A DNA stretch of 64,000 nt from the human T2T-CHM13v2.0 reference genome, Homo sapiens. The DNA lies in the NCBI RefSeq assembly GCF_009914755.1, contig NC_060931.1; one strand, written 5' to 3'. A program made the position numbers and the translations under genes. Shown here piece after piece: positions 26,176-40,632 of this stretch. The notes below the pieces were generated by a model. It was not told the origin of the DNA. It searched no databases and saw nothing but the letters and a program-made list of their open reading frames with translations. Within the stretch, counting starts at the first letter, position 1. Each line of letters opens with the position of its first letter.

Positions 26176-27979
26176 ATATTTAGTCAGTTGCTTAAAAATT
26201 AATTCCTGGACTAAAGACAGAGCAGGAGGTGGGAGGAACAAACCGGGCAGGATATGACAACTAGAGGCAGTTTGTGTGAGGTAGAAGCTAGAATGTTAAC
26301 GAAAGGGAAACAAAAATTTTAATTGGTACAAGATTCTTAATTTGAGGTCATGGGACTCCTGATAGACTGTTCCCATATTGTCAGATTCTCAAGTTCTCTA
26401 TTTCTTTATATGCATCTCGCTCTATATATTTAATTCTGTGATTGTATTTAGATGATGATTTAAAAAGTTGAAAGCATGTTCTTGATTATCCTTATGATCA
26501 AGATATAGTCAGATCATGCCATAACAGACTTTCTGTCATAACTGTCACAGAAGTCAGGTGCACTATTCATTGCTCTGAATATATCTGTGACCACGTTGTC
26601 CTCAAGTAATCATATAAAGTAAGAGCTTTATCCAATGCAACATTTCTCACCTGGGATCTGAATATTCCTGCGTGTTTTAAGATGGATTTTGGACTTCCTC
26701 AAATTCTTGGATTCTAAATTAGTGGCCTAGAATGTTATTGCTGAGCATGATAATTTGTTGAATGAAGGAATTATGTAATTATGGGAAAAATTCTATTTAT
26801 GTGCTGGGAATTTAAAGTTTAAAAAGATAATTTTTAAAATGTCTGTGATGTTAAGAGAATTTTGATAATTTTGTATATCTTCTTGAAAATATGCTGATAA
26901 GCAATAATTTTCAATTTCACAACTGAAATGGAAAAGTTTGGAAATAAACTACAGGAACATAGTTGGACTTTAGGTTTTGTGGAGTAGCAGATAATTATTT
27001 TAATTATTATTAGAGTTACAAAATGGCATTTATTTCAGCTACAGAATAAAAGCAGTTTCCTATGCTCGGCATATGGGACAAAGCCAAGTATTTATCCTTA
27101 AGACCAAAAGGGAAGAATCCAAATTTAATTTAGGCAGTTCAAAGACAACAATTGAGGTTAGAGGAAAAAGGCAGGTAGCACATATTTTCTATCTTATTTC
27201 ATATAATTTCTATTTATACTGTGCACATATAGTGAATAGGGAAATTTGTTGCCATTATTTTAATGGTCTTTCTTTTTTAATGGCAGTTATGTTGTCTGGA
27301 TCATATGTTATAATTGGTATCTTGATTCTCTCTGTGTGGAGATAATTTTTCTTGATTCGATTGCCTGAGTTATTAGCAGTCACTGCTACCTCTTGATAGT
27401 TGTTGAAATTGCTCTCACAGAGCTAGCAAGAAATAATCAGCATCTCTAGGCCTTATCTGGAAAAACAAATTTATAAAGTCACAGTGAATGACATAGAGTT
27501 CAAAATTGAGATAACCACAAATACTGCAATTCGATGTTCAATACAAAGAAAATGTTGAGTCTCAGTGGATTATATTTCTTTTATAAAATAAGCCTGTAAT
27601 ATTCAAATTATTCATATTTGGGGAAATTCTCCAGGATCACTGCAGTATGTTCAATTATTAAAATTATGAAATAAATGAGATGTCACAAATATCTGATTCT
27701 AATATTCATTTTTTATTTTTGCATCCAAATTAAGCTCAATTCTTTAGTTACAAGGGTTTAGGGATTTCTGGCTATGTTTGCCTTTAAAAAATCTAAATGC
27801 TGTATTAATTTTTCTTTCTTTGCTCAGTGTCTAGTAGCTCTAAATAAGAACAGATTTGAACTTTTTTATAGCTTTGTGACATCCACTCTTACAATTTTGT
27901 CAATTCAAATCTTTAAAGCCTATAAATTTACATTTTACATCTGCACACAAAGTGCTTATTTCATCATCTTCTTTCTTAG

Positions 27980-28131
27980 AATGGATGAGAATAACCACAG
28001 GAAATCATCATTGAATAGTAGCTTTAACACAGACTCCTATAGAATGGATAAATACCTTCTGTCAAGAACACTGCTCCGGGGCACGAATCCCACTAAAGAG
28101 TTGGCTTCAGACACTGGGAACTATCAAGCAG
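27980..28131 (+). other. Candidate exon (152 nt), open frame MDENNHRKSSLNSSFNTDSYRMDKYLLSRTLLRGTNPTKELASDTGNYQA
   Basis: Pyrimidine tract TCATCTTCTTTCTTAG, composition richer in GC than the flanks, weak donor CAG|GTTATA. Protein not recognised. Confidence 0.25.
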
Positions 28132-28990
28132 GTTATATTTCCTCCTATAAACATTAATCTATGACTTTAATCTGGCAAATATTTTGAAACAGATGATGAT
28201 TTATTCTAGTTTATTCTGTATAACTTGTGCTTTGTATACCACACTCTTACAAACATATATACATTTGCACATAGATGATGAATCTTTTTGCTATGTTGAT
28301 GAGTGATGTCTTTCATATAACCACAAGAAGATTTTTTTTTTTAATGCTATTCACTCATTGCAGTAGGCAGTAGGTAAACAAGAGCTGCCTTCTTCCCATG
28401 GGGGAGATCAAATGGCACGGAGTGGAGAGATCTATTTATCCAAGATAAACACAGAAATGTAGGTTGGAGGGAAGAGGTTACTGGGAGAAGAGAGATTTTT
28501 AGTTCTGAAGAAACTGGAGCCCAAAAGAGAATGCTTCTGGAGTAGCCAGGGGGAGGTAGGGCAGTTCAGATGGAACTGAGAAAAAGAAAAACAAGAAGGG
28601 CTGGCCCTTGGATGGTAGCCATCAAGCCAGACAGCCTGCTGAGCAGCCCCAACTTACTGACTTGAATTGCAACATTTTTTTCTGACCTGAGGTTTCTTCC
28701 AATTCATCTGCCTGCTATCTTTGCTGCAGTTGAGTGGATATTCTACTATAGTTCTTTCTTCCACAATTCCCTATATTCCTAGAATAATCTCTTGTTTGTA
28801 TCACACAGAAAGTTTTTTTCCCGGTTACAACAGGTGATTACTGTTTGAGAGAAGAATAATAATGACAATATCTTACAGTTCTAATGAGCTTTAGACTTTT
28901 CTAAACAGTTTCTTATCTATTAGTTTTAGCACATTTGAATCTGAGAGCAACCCAGGGGATATGTGGTGGATTTAGAATTTACTTTGGATA

Positions 28991-29318
<328 letters not shown>

Positions 29319-29912
29319 TTAAAGTAGTAGAAATGAAGAAGAAATGGGTGCAAATGTGGGTAAGAGCATATGAGTCTAGCTAACTAATAAGGTGAGGATC
29401 TTAGACATGTAAAAAGAAAAAAATGGAAAAAATAATGTTTTCACGTATGTTTCTTTGATTATGTGGGTGGGGTTATTCAGATTCCCAGGGAATTTCTGCT
29501 CACTGACTTTCTGTCTTTGATCTGTTTTATGCATTTTCTGTGGCTTTTTTTAAAAAATATTTCATTCTCAGACAATATTTAGAATTCCTGGCAGCACTGT
29601 AAGCTTTTGAGATACCTTGAGGCAGGATCCCGAAGTGATTAAAAAGGTAGAAGGTATCTCACAAATATGTTAATAACTTGGTCTTATTTAACCATTCAGA
29701 AGGTAGTGAGAAAAATGATGTTAAGACAGTATATTTGAGTGCATTGTCCTATATAACTCATCTCTAACTGTGAGTTTTTTGAGAGAGATGGACTCATTTT
29801 ATCTGTATTATCTTATCTGTAAAATCATGTTTGGAACTATTTGATCGCTTATATTCCATTTAGGCATAATGAGCTATGATACTCTCTAAAAATGTTGATG
29901 GAATTGTGGTAG

Positions 29913-30341
<429 letters not shown>

Positions 30342-30827
30342 TGCAGTGTTAAATAAACCCTTGACACTCACATTTTAATAGAAAACTACAGACACTTTAG
30401 TCAACCTCAAATAATGAACCTGTATATTATGATTGTCTACAAATTCTAAAATTAAATTAAACTGGGCAAAGTAGTAACCAATTCCCCAAATTTAAATTAC
30501 GTAAATGTTTTTTACAAGGGTGTTTCTCTGTGTTAGCAAGCATGTTCTTGAGGGGGCCAAGTCCGAATTCTAGGATTCAGAGCTTTCTGGGTTTAAACGG
30601 TGGTTTGAGATATTAGTTTGTTTTGGATTGGGGGAAAAAAAACTTAGTTGACATGGGAATTTGCTTTAACATTTTTAAATGAAAAAAATAGTTTTCTCTT
30701 TTAGAAATGCAAATTTGCTGTTTTAGATGGTGGTAGAGAGGAGGGCACTAATGTCCTAAATAAAGGCCAAGAAACTGAGGTTTGCTGTGAAAATGGATTT
30801 CTCTTTAGTAAGACCATTAAAAATGAG

Positions 30828-31700
30828 GTTCATTCATTTAACAGGTATTCAAAGAATGATTAACATATGGTTAACACTGCGTTGTTTGCTAAAAGGAATA
30901 GTAACAAAATTCAAGATATGGCTACTACCTGTCTCAAGTATTTTGAAAATAATGTGGAAGAGACAATTTATTTATCCTAAATAATTATTTAGCAGGGTAG
31001 AAACTATTGTGTCAAAATGTATAATATAAACAAGAATTCAATTAGAGATAAATTACTATTGGGAAAGCAGAAGAATGTTGTTTTGCAGAAGATGAAATGA
31101 GCTTCAATTGGCTTTAGAGAAATGAATGGATTGAGGGGTAAGGATAAGAAATTATAATTTAAATGTAGTGAGCAACATAAGCAAATGTTTACAGCCCATA
31201 GCAACCATGGTGCATGCAGGGTATAATGATCCTAGAGTGAGGGGTGTGGAGATTTGTGTTGAGATATTGTGGAAAATAATGGTAGGTAAGGTAAGGCCAG
31301 GTAATTGAGAGCTTTGAGTGGCAGAAAATTTGGATTGTATTTTCAGACAAAGGAAAGCCACTGACAGCTTTGAGGAGCTGAAATTAGCATCTGAAGAAGA
31401 TAAATCTGAAGGCAGAATAATATATAGGTTGGATGTGATAGAAAAAGTATTGTGTTGTCAAAGAGATTTCCTTGGTTATAATTTTCATTGTACAACTTAC
31501 TAGCTATGTATTGTTAGATAATTCACTGAACTTTCCTGGGCTTCAACAAAATCATCTATAAAGTCTCTAGGAAAGTGAGGGGAGAGGGTCCTTATTAGAG
31601 ATATATTATTTTCAGATTTGCTTCCAGCTAGACTGGACCAGAAAGACAAATTAGAAAATTATACTATTAATCCAAGTGCAAGTTCACAATGACCTAGAAA
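30828..31700 (-). mobile_element. L2 fragments with a MIR piece at about 31480-31560
   Basis: TTCATTCATTTAACA (antisense L2 3' end), GGAAAGCCACTGACAGCTTTGAG; MIR-like ACTTACTAGCTATGT. Confidence 0.55.
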
Positions 31701-31801
31701 AACTAATGAATATCCAGGAAAAAGGGAAAAGAAATGTCAGAGAGTTCCTCCTTTCTAAACTGGTTGATTCTTAAGAACCATAAATAGATTAGTTAAGGTA
31801 T

Positions 31802-32385
31802 TGCTATGGTTTGAATATGTCCCCCAAAAAGCATGTGTTGGAAACATAATCCGCCATACAACAGTGTTGGGAGGTGGGGCCTAATGAGGAGTGACTAGGC
31901 CATGAAGGCTCTGCCCTCATGAATAGATTGATGCCATTATCAAGGGAGTGGGTTTGTTATACTGGGATTGGATTCCTCATAAAACAATAAATTTTGTCTT
32001 CCTCTCTGTCTTGCTCTCTCTTTGCCCTTTTGCCTCCCATCATGGGATGATGTAGCAAGAATGCCCTCTCCAGATGCCAGCCCCTAATCCTCGGCTTTCT
32101 AGCCTCCAGAACTGTGAAAAATAAATTTCTGTTTACTATAAATTGCCCAGTCTTGGGAGGTTCTGTAAGAGCCGCACAAAATGGATTATAAGAAGAGTGA
32201 GGTGTTGTTATTAACAAATACCTGAGAATGTGGAAGCAGCTTTGGAACTGGGTAATGAGCAGAAGCTGAAAGAGTTTGGAGGTGCGGGCAAGAAAGCCTA
32301 GAATCCCATCAATGGGATTTTGGGTGAGGTCTCAGAAGAGAAGAACTGTGCAGAAAATATAAAACTCCTTAGATATAATTAATTG
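31802..32385 (+). mobile_element. MaLR MST (MSTC/MSTD-like) 5' LTR plus start of internal sequence
   Basis: TGCTATGGTTTGAAT...CCTCCAGAACTGTGA...AATAAATTTCTGTT; then internal AAATACCTGAGAATGTGGAAGCAGCTTTGGAACTGGGTAAT. Confidence 0.85.
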
Positions 32386-32394
32386 AATAATTAA

Positions 32395-35047
32395 TTAATT
32401 TTTAAACTTTTTTTAAGTTGAGGGGTACATGTGCAGGTTTGTTATATAAGTAAACTTGTGTCATGGAGGTTTGATGTACAGATTATTTTGTCATGCAAGT
32501 ACTAAGCCTAGGGCCCAGTAGTTATTTTTTTCTGGTCTTCTGCCTTCTTCCATCCTCCTCCCTCAAGCAGACCCCAATGTCTGTTGTTTCCATTTCCTTC
32601 TTTGTATTCATGTGTTGTCATCATTTAACTCCCACTTATAATTCAGAACATGTGATATTTGGTTTTCTGTTCCTGTGTTAGTTTGCTAAGGATAATGGCC
32701 TCCAGCTCCATCCATGTTCCTGCAAAGGACATGATGTCATTCTTTTTTATGGCTGCATAGTATTCCATAGTGTTTATGTACCATATTTTATTTATCCAGT
32801 CTTCCATTGATGGACATTTACGTCAAATCCATGTCTTTGCTATTATGAATAGTGCTACAGTGAACATATGTGTGCATGTGTCTTCATGATAGAATGATAT
32901 ATATTCCTTTGGGTTATACCTAGTAATGAGATTGCTGGATTGAGTGGTAGTTCTATTTTTAGCTCTTTGAAGAATCACTACACTGGTTTCCACAATGGTT
33001 GAACTAACTTGCATTTCCACCAGCAGTGTATAAGCATTTCCTTTTCTCTGCAACCTTGCCGGGCATCTGTTATTTTTTGACTTTTTAATAGTAGCCCTTC
33101 TGATTACTGTGAGGTGGTATCGAATTGTGATTTTGATTTACATTTCTCTAATGATCAGTGATATTGAACTTTTTTCCATATGCTTATTGGCCACGTGTAT
33201 GTCTTCTTTTGAAAAGTGTCGGTTCATGTCTTTTCCCCACTTTTTAATGGGGTTGTTCATTTATTTCTTGTAAATTTGTTTAAGCTCCTTATAGATGCTG
33301 GATATTAGATCTTTGTTAGATGCATAATTTGCAAACATTTTCTCCCATTCTGAGGGTATCTGTTTACTCTGTTGATTGTTTCTTTTGCTGTGCAGAAGCT
33401 CTTTAGTTTAATTGGATTCAACTTGTCAATTTTTGCTTTTGTTGCAATTGCTTTTGGCATCTTTGTCATGAAATCTTTGCCAGGTCCTGTGTCCAGTATG
33501 ATATTGCCTAGGTTGTTTTCCAGGACTTTTAAAGTTTTGGGTTTTAAATTTAGGTCTTTAATCTACCTTGAGTTGATTTTTGTCTATGGCATAAGGAAAG
33601 GGTCCAGTTTCAGTGTTCTGCATATGGCTAGCCAGTTATCCCAGCACCATTTTTTGAATAGGAGAGTCCTTTCTCCACTGCTTTTTTTGTCAGCTTTGTT
33701 GAAGATCAGATGGTTGTAGTTTTGTGGCCTTATTTCTGGGCTCTTTATTCTGTTCCATTGGTCTATGTTTCTGTTTTTGTACCAGTACCATGCTGTTTTG
33801 GTTACTGTAGCCCTGTAGTATAATTTGAAGTCAGGTAGTGTGATGTCTCCAGCTTTTTTCTGTTTGCTTAGGACTTAAACTTTAAAATGCTTTTTTCCTA
33901 GTTCTATGAAGAATGTCATTGGTAGCTGGATAGGAATAGCATTGAATCTGCAAATTGATTTGAGCAGTATAGTGATTTTAATAATATTGATTCTTCCTAT
34001 ACATGAGCACAGAATGTTTTTCCATTTATTTGTGTTTTGTAATTCTCATCGTAGAGATCTTTCACCTCCCTGGTTACGTGTATTCTAGGCATTTTATGTG
34101 TGGCAATTATGAATGGGTTTGTGTTCCTGAGTTGGCTTTTGGCTTGACTGTTGTTGGTGTGTAGGAATGCTAGTGTTTTTCAAACATTAATTTTGTATCC
34201 TGAAAATTTGTTGAATTTTTTTTTTATCACCTTAAGGAGCTTTTGGGCTGAGACTGTGGAATTTTCTAGATATAGAATAATCTCATCTGCAACAGGGATA
34301 GTTTGACTTCCTCTTTTCCTATTTGGATGCCCTTTATTTATTTCTCTTGCCTTATTCTCTGGCCAGGATTTCTAATACCGTGTTAAATAAGAATGGTGAG
34401 AGAGGGTATCATTTTGTGCTGATTTTCAAGGGTAATGCTTCCAGCTTTTGCCCGTTCAGTATGATGTTGACTGAGGGTTTGTCATAAGTGCCTTATTATT
34501 TTGTGATATGTTTTTTCAATATCTAGTTTGTTGAGACTTTTTAACACCAAGAGATGTTGAATTTTATTGAAAGCCTTTTCTGCATCTATTGAGTTAATCA
34601 TGTGTTTTTTGTCTTTAGTTTTGTTTATGTGATGAATTACATTTATTGATTTGCATATGTTGAACCAAGCTTGTATCCCAGGGATAAAGCCTACTTGATC
34701 ATGGTGGATTAGCTTTTTGATGTGCCGCTGGATTTGGTTTTCTAGTATTTTGCTGAGAATTTTTCCGTTGATACTCATCAAGGATGTTGGTCTGAAGTTT
34801 TCTTTATTTGTTGTGTCTCTGCCAAGTTTTGGTTTCAGGATGATGCTGGTCTTATAGAATGAGTTTGGGAGGAGTCCCTCCTCATCAGTTTTTTTGGAAT
34901 AGTTTGAGTAGGAGTGGTACCAGCTCTTCCTTGTACATCTGGTAGAATTCAGCTGTGAATCCATCTTGTCTAGGGCTTTCTTTGGTTGGTGGGCTATTTA
35001 TTACTGCTTCAGTTTCAGAGCTCATTATTGATCTGTTCAGGGATTCA
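32395..35047 (-). mobile_element. 5'-truncated LINE-1 (L1PA13-16-like)
   Basis: Antisense L1PA 3'UTR GGGGTACATGTGCAGGTTTGTTAT. Minus ORF 34482-34964 is RT ([31 protein letters not shown]...[12 protein letters not shown]). Confidence 0.93.
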
Positions 35048-35288
35048 TTATGGTGGGAGCGAGTTGCTTTTAAAGGGACAAGAGTAGCCCCCTTTTTGCT
35101 TTCACTTGCCCTCTCTTTGCCATTCTGCTTTGTACCATGGAATGACACAGCATGAAGGTCCTCACCGGAGGTCAGCTTGTAGTTCTTGGACTTCCCAGCC
35201 TTCAGAACTGTGAGCCAATACGTTTCTGTTGCTTATAAATTATCCAGTCTCAGATAGTCTGTTAGAGCAGCACAAAACAAACTAAGAA
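35048..35288 (+). mobile_element. MST 3' LTR, 5' part missing
   Basis: CTTGGACTTCCCAGCCTTCAGAACTGTGAGCCAATA...ATAAATTATCCAGTCTCAG...AACTAAGA. Confidence 0.8.
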
Positions 35289-38200
35289 AATTGTGAAATG
35301 ATTAGAGGAGAAGTCTGTAATTAAATGGGTACATTGACCTTAATATGATGTTAGGACATCCAATTCTATATAACAAAATGTAGATGAGTAAAAAGTATTT
35401 ATTATGCCCTTAAACAATACTATTACTTTATCTTATATTCTTTTATATTCATTCTTCTTTCTCTCATACCCAAAGTCAATCTGTTACCTAATACTTTTAT
35501 CTATCTTAGATAATGTTTGTACTAATCTAGTTCTCTCCATCCACTTTGCCTTTAGCCACATGGATTACTATTACAGATTGTGATAAATTGGCAAGAAAGC
35601 CAGATATATTAGGGATGGTAGCAGCAATACAAGAAAAATTTAGGTAGTTTAAGTGAAGTTATTTTTATATATTCCAGCCAATTTCATGGTCTTAATCACT
35701 TTAGAACTGGGAGAAGGTAAAGAGAAGGGAGCCAGGCATTTTGTTACAGAATTCATGTACCTGCAGGCCTTACACACAATAAATTCAGGAGAGCTTGGTG
35801 ATTAGGTAAGATATAGTTCAAAAAATAGAAGGGGAAATAAATTTTGTTTATGTAGCTGTGCCATATAAAACGGTTCTCATATAAAAGTGGATCATGGTTC
35901 TCTGGCCCAACTTTGTAGAACTCAAAATCCGAGAACTCCTAATTCTTGGAGGTCTTTTATTGAATCATTGGAACTTTGTATTTTTAAAGCCTATTCTAGA
36001 TATCTGAAAATTACTTCTGCGCCTTTCATCTCCTGTAAGAGTCTCCATGATGGTGCAGTAACTACTCCACAAGATCCTATCATGAACCAATTTCTTCATG
36101 TTTAAGATTAACTCCAGATGAGCAGAGCATATTCCCCATTTTTTGCAGTTACTTCGGAAAGGCCATATATATACATGGATGTATTTTTAGCTTTAATAAT
36201 TCAAAATAACCACAGTTTCTATATTTAGAAGAATATGTTTGTAATCTCTTTATTTTCTAGGTTGTTCTGTGAACTGATCTTGTCACCTTTAAGGAGACAG
36301 ACTATATGCTTCATTGGAAGGGTGGTTTTAAAAATTATAGATGGACCCTAAATTTTACAGTTTTATTTTTCATAAAGTATTTTCTTATTTTGCATTATTA
36401 TGCATTGATATCCATAAGCTCTTTCTAGTGGCACTCTAAACTTATACCTCACGTATTATCTGAAAAACAAGAATTTTGAGCTATGTTGGCACTGCCTGAC
36501 AGCCAACCAGTCTGTTTGTCATTGTTCACGGTTTTGTACTTCATTATCTGAATATTTTATTGCATTCGTCCTTATTCATTTGGAAAAAATGGATAAATAG
36601 AAAAAGTAATAAGTGTAGGTTTCATAAACTTCAAAAATTGCAACAAAGATTGAAATAATTGGCTGTGCAAAAAATGATGAATTTTTTAGCTCCAGTTCAA
36701 TACTCAGCTAATTGAGTGCTCAATTATAAGGGAAAAGAATAAAATTAAAGAATATGTACAAAATGTTAGAGATAGACTGCCAAAACTGAGTATTAGAGTT
36801 CTATAATTTTTAAATTTTATAGGGATAGATCTTTACCTACAAGTCCTAATGTTTTCACTTCACTTCTACAATTTGAATTTTTGTTTTAGAAAGACATCAT
36901 AATTAAAAGTCTTGTACTGAATTTCTTCTTTACCCTATTAACCTGTCAATGTTGTTTGGGGTTTTTGTAATCAGAAGGAAATTAGTTATTCCTTCTAGAT
37001 CATCCACATGCCGCATTCAGTAGAAATATTCTATTCCTACGTATAAGAGACACATCTACCCAGTATTCTGCTTTTTTTGGGGTGGTTCCCTATATTTTCA
37101 AGTGCTCATATGGAGAGTTGTTCCAAATTAACTAAATTTTAGTAACAGAATATTTTAAAAGTTACAAAATTAATTTCATTAGATTTTTGTTATAACACAT
37201 CCCACTGATCCTCAATTGATTTTGCTGAGCATAGTATTCTCTGGCTGAAGCCGTATAATCTTGGCTGGTTCAAGACTATTTGGTCCAGTGTATTTGATTA
37301 TTCTTTCCTTCCTCACAAATATTTTCTTATCATTCATTTATTTATGGGAAGTCAAAATGAGTCTATTTAGACTCATCTTCCTTGAGTTTGCTTTTAGATA
37401 TTTGCCAGAAAATTTCTTTTTCAATCATTGTTTCACTTATGATGTTATTTTATTCAAAATACTCCATCCCATTCCAGATCTCCAGATCTGGATTTCAATA
37501 AACCCCATCATCTTTCCCCTCCTTAATCCCTTCCTCAAAAGTCTCATTTTTCATTATTCTTTTGCTTTTATTTATTAATGAAGTCAAATTTATCTTCTTG
37601 GCATATTCACATAATATTTGTTTTAGCATTCAGATGGAGGAGAGGGAAGAAAAGGGTTGAAGGAGACAATGGGGTAGGGGAGGAAGGGAAGACAAGAAAG
37701 AGAAAGCGGAAAGTATCTGAAGGAGGAGAGGACAGAACAGGCCTCTGCTATTCCATGTGGTATCTCAGTGTAAATGTGCACCGGGTACAGAGCTTTATCA
37801 GTAGAGCCTGGGATGCATGCCTCTTGCACCCCACTTGCCCCTTTTGGTGTGAAGGGAACATTTTGTGTAGGTGCAATTCTGTGCACTTGCCTTGGGAAGC
37901 AGCAGAAGATGAAAATTTCTCTTACCAGGAGAAATAACTGTTAACTTACCCTGCTTCCCAGAACATGTATTATGTTACTCTTAGAAAGCAGGTTGTTCCT
38001 CATGTGCTAGTTACCATTCCCTGAGATAGTCATTATGGCCTTTCCATGGGAATATAATTCCGACCCTGTCTCCCTCCACATGTGCCAGGACCTTGGGCCT
38101 CCAAAGCATTTGCTGTTCTTTCTCTAAGACCTGTCAGCTCTCCATTATAAGTAAGTCAAGGTGCCCCTTTCCTACTGAACTCTATCCAACACAAACTTTT

Positions 38201-40366
38201 ACTTTTCAGATGTGCAGATTGAATATGTTTCACTTGGTAATGTTGGAAGGGAGGAACTAAGGTAAGGCACACAGAATATTTAATTTTATATCACCACGGT
38301 AGATCAGCTAAAATTAAGTATTACACTTACCTTTGGGTTGGTGAATTTTTGTCCTTGTTTTAAACTTACATAGCATCTCACATTTGTATAATTGGATTAT
38401 AATTTAAAAAATTAAAACAACTCCTTGTAAAAGGGCAAAATTGGAAATCACAACACTCTTTTAAAGCTGTATCATAAAGCTACAATTATGTGATTATTTA
38501 TAAAATTTTTAAAGTACCAAAAAAATTTTAAAAGAAGTGTTCTTGTAGATAAAATACCATGGTATATGTAATTAGAACTCTTCATGATTCCCTCCCTGAA
38601 TTGTAAGGACTAACTTCTCATAGAGGACTGGTCTGTTAAGGGAAAAATTCAACCCTGTGATGTCAGGTTCACATTGACTTTCGTGAGTCTCAAGGGAGCA
38701 TTTTTTACTGTCAGAATATGAGCAACTAATAACCCAAAAGATTTTTCTCTGGCAGTCCCTGGAGCTTAAAAATTTTGTCAGAGATATATTTCTGGTACAT
38801 CAGGAAGTCCACTCTTGTGATGTGACTCATTCTCGCTTATGCAGGCATTTTTGGGAAAAATTGTTTTGTGGATGCCACAACTATATCAGAGGGCTGTATG
38901 TTAGCATTTGTATCTTTCTACATACATTTAATAGTTTCCAGTTGCAAAAGTTGGAAAGGGGCAATGAAATATATTTCAGTCAATATGTCCTCATAGAATC
39001 TATTTGAGTGTCTTAAGGGAATGCATTAAAAAGAAAATTCAACTGATAGGATTTATCTTAATATGGGACACATTTGCTAAATGTTATTTCTTTTTTTTAA
39101 TAGGTGCATAGTAAATATGTACTTCTTTAATTTTAGTTTTTGTGGGTACATAAGTGAACATGTGTATAGGGTCCATGAGATATATTGACACAGGCATGCA
39201 AAGCATAATAATCACATCATGGAAAATGGGGTATCCATGCCCTCAAGCATTTATCCTTTGTGTTTCAAACAAATATACAATTAAATTATTATTAACTATA
39301 GTTATCCTGTTGTGCTATCAAGTACTAGATCTTATTCAATTTTTTTTTGTACCTATTAATCATCCCCTCCTATCTCCGCACTACCCTTCCCAGCGTCTGG
39401 TAACCATCCTTCTACTCTCTCCATGAATTCAGTTGTTTTGATTTTTAGATCCCACAAATAAGTGAGAACAGGTGAAGTTTGTTTCTCTGTGCCTGGCTTA
39501 TTTCACTTAACATAATGACCTCCAGGTCCATCCATGTTATTGCAAATAGCAGGATCCCATTCTTTTTTATGGCTGAATAGTATTCCCTTGTGTATATATA
39601 CACCACATTTTCCTTATTCATTTATCGATGGACACTTGGGTTGCTTCCAAATCTTGGCTATTGTGAAAAGTGCTGCAACAAACATGCAGATATCTCATCA
39701 GTGTACTGCTTTTCTTTCTTTTGGGTATATGCCCAGCAGTGGGATTGCTGGATCATATTTATTTTTAGTTTTTTGAGGAACCTCCAAAAAACTCCATAGT
39801 AGTTGTTCTCCATAGTAGTTGTACTAATTTACATTCCCACGAACAGTGTATGACAGTTTCCTTTTTTCCACATCCTACTCAGCATTTTTTATTGCTTGCC
39901 TTTTGGATAAAATTCATTTTAACTGGGGTGATATGAAATTTCATTGTAGTTTTGATTTGCATTTCTCTGATGATCAGTGATGTGAGCACCTTTTCATGTA
40001 CCTGTTTGCCATTTGTATATCTTATTTTGAGAAATGTCTACTTAAATATTTTGTGCATTTTTAGTCAAATAGATTTCTTCATGTAGAGTTGTTTAAGCTC
40101 CTTTTATATTCTGGTTATTAATCCCTTGTCAGATGGGTAGTTTACAAATATTTTCTTTCATTCTGTGCATTGTCTCTTTAGTTTATTGATTGTTCCCTTT
40201 GCTGCACAGAAGCTTTTAACTTCATGTGATCCCATTTGTTCATTTTTTCTTTGGTTGCCTGTGTTTGTGGGGTATTACTTAACAAATTTTTGCCCAGACC
40301 CATGTCCTGGAGACTTAGCTCAATATTTTCTTGTAGTAGTTTCTTAATTTCAGGTCTTAGATTTAA

Positions 40367-40632
40367 CCTGTTTCCCATTTAGAAAAAAAAAGTGCAGCTC
40401 ACTGCCAGAACTCATTTAATTTTACATAAACAAACTCTTTGAGGCTGAAGCAAATCTGATTAATTTTCCAATGTAAAATTAATATGAAAATATTTCATTT
40501 TCTAATGTGAAAATAAAATATAAAAACTGTTCTTGGAGTTATTTCTAAACAGAACTTGTCTCTAATCCTAATATATATGATGTTACATTAGGATTAGAGA
40601 CAAGAGTATTCTTGGGGCAAAAGGGAAATGAG
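40367..40632 (-). mobile_element. piggyBac-family MITE (MER75B-like) inserted at TTAA inside L1MA
   Basis: Terminal inverted ends CCTGTTTCCCATTT and AAAAGGGAAATGAG; flanks TTAA (40363-40366) and TTGA (40633-40636); perfect 18-bp internal inverted repeat. Confidence 0.85.

Noticed and set aside
37635-37740. Purine-rich tract and overlapping 119-aa ORF
   Set aside because: Low-complexity GA-rich sequence with no clean mirror repeat; the ORF is compositional.
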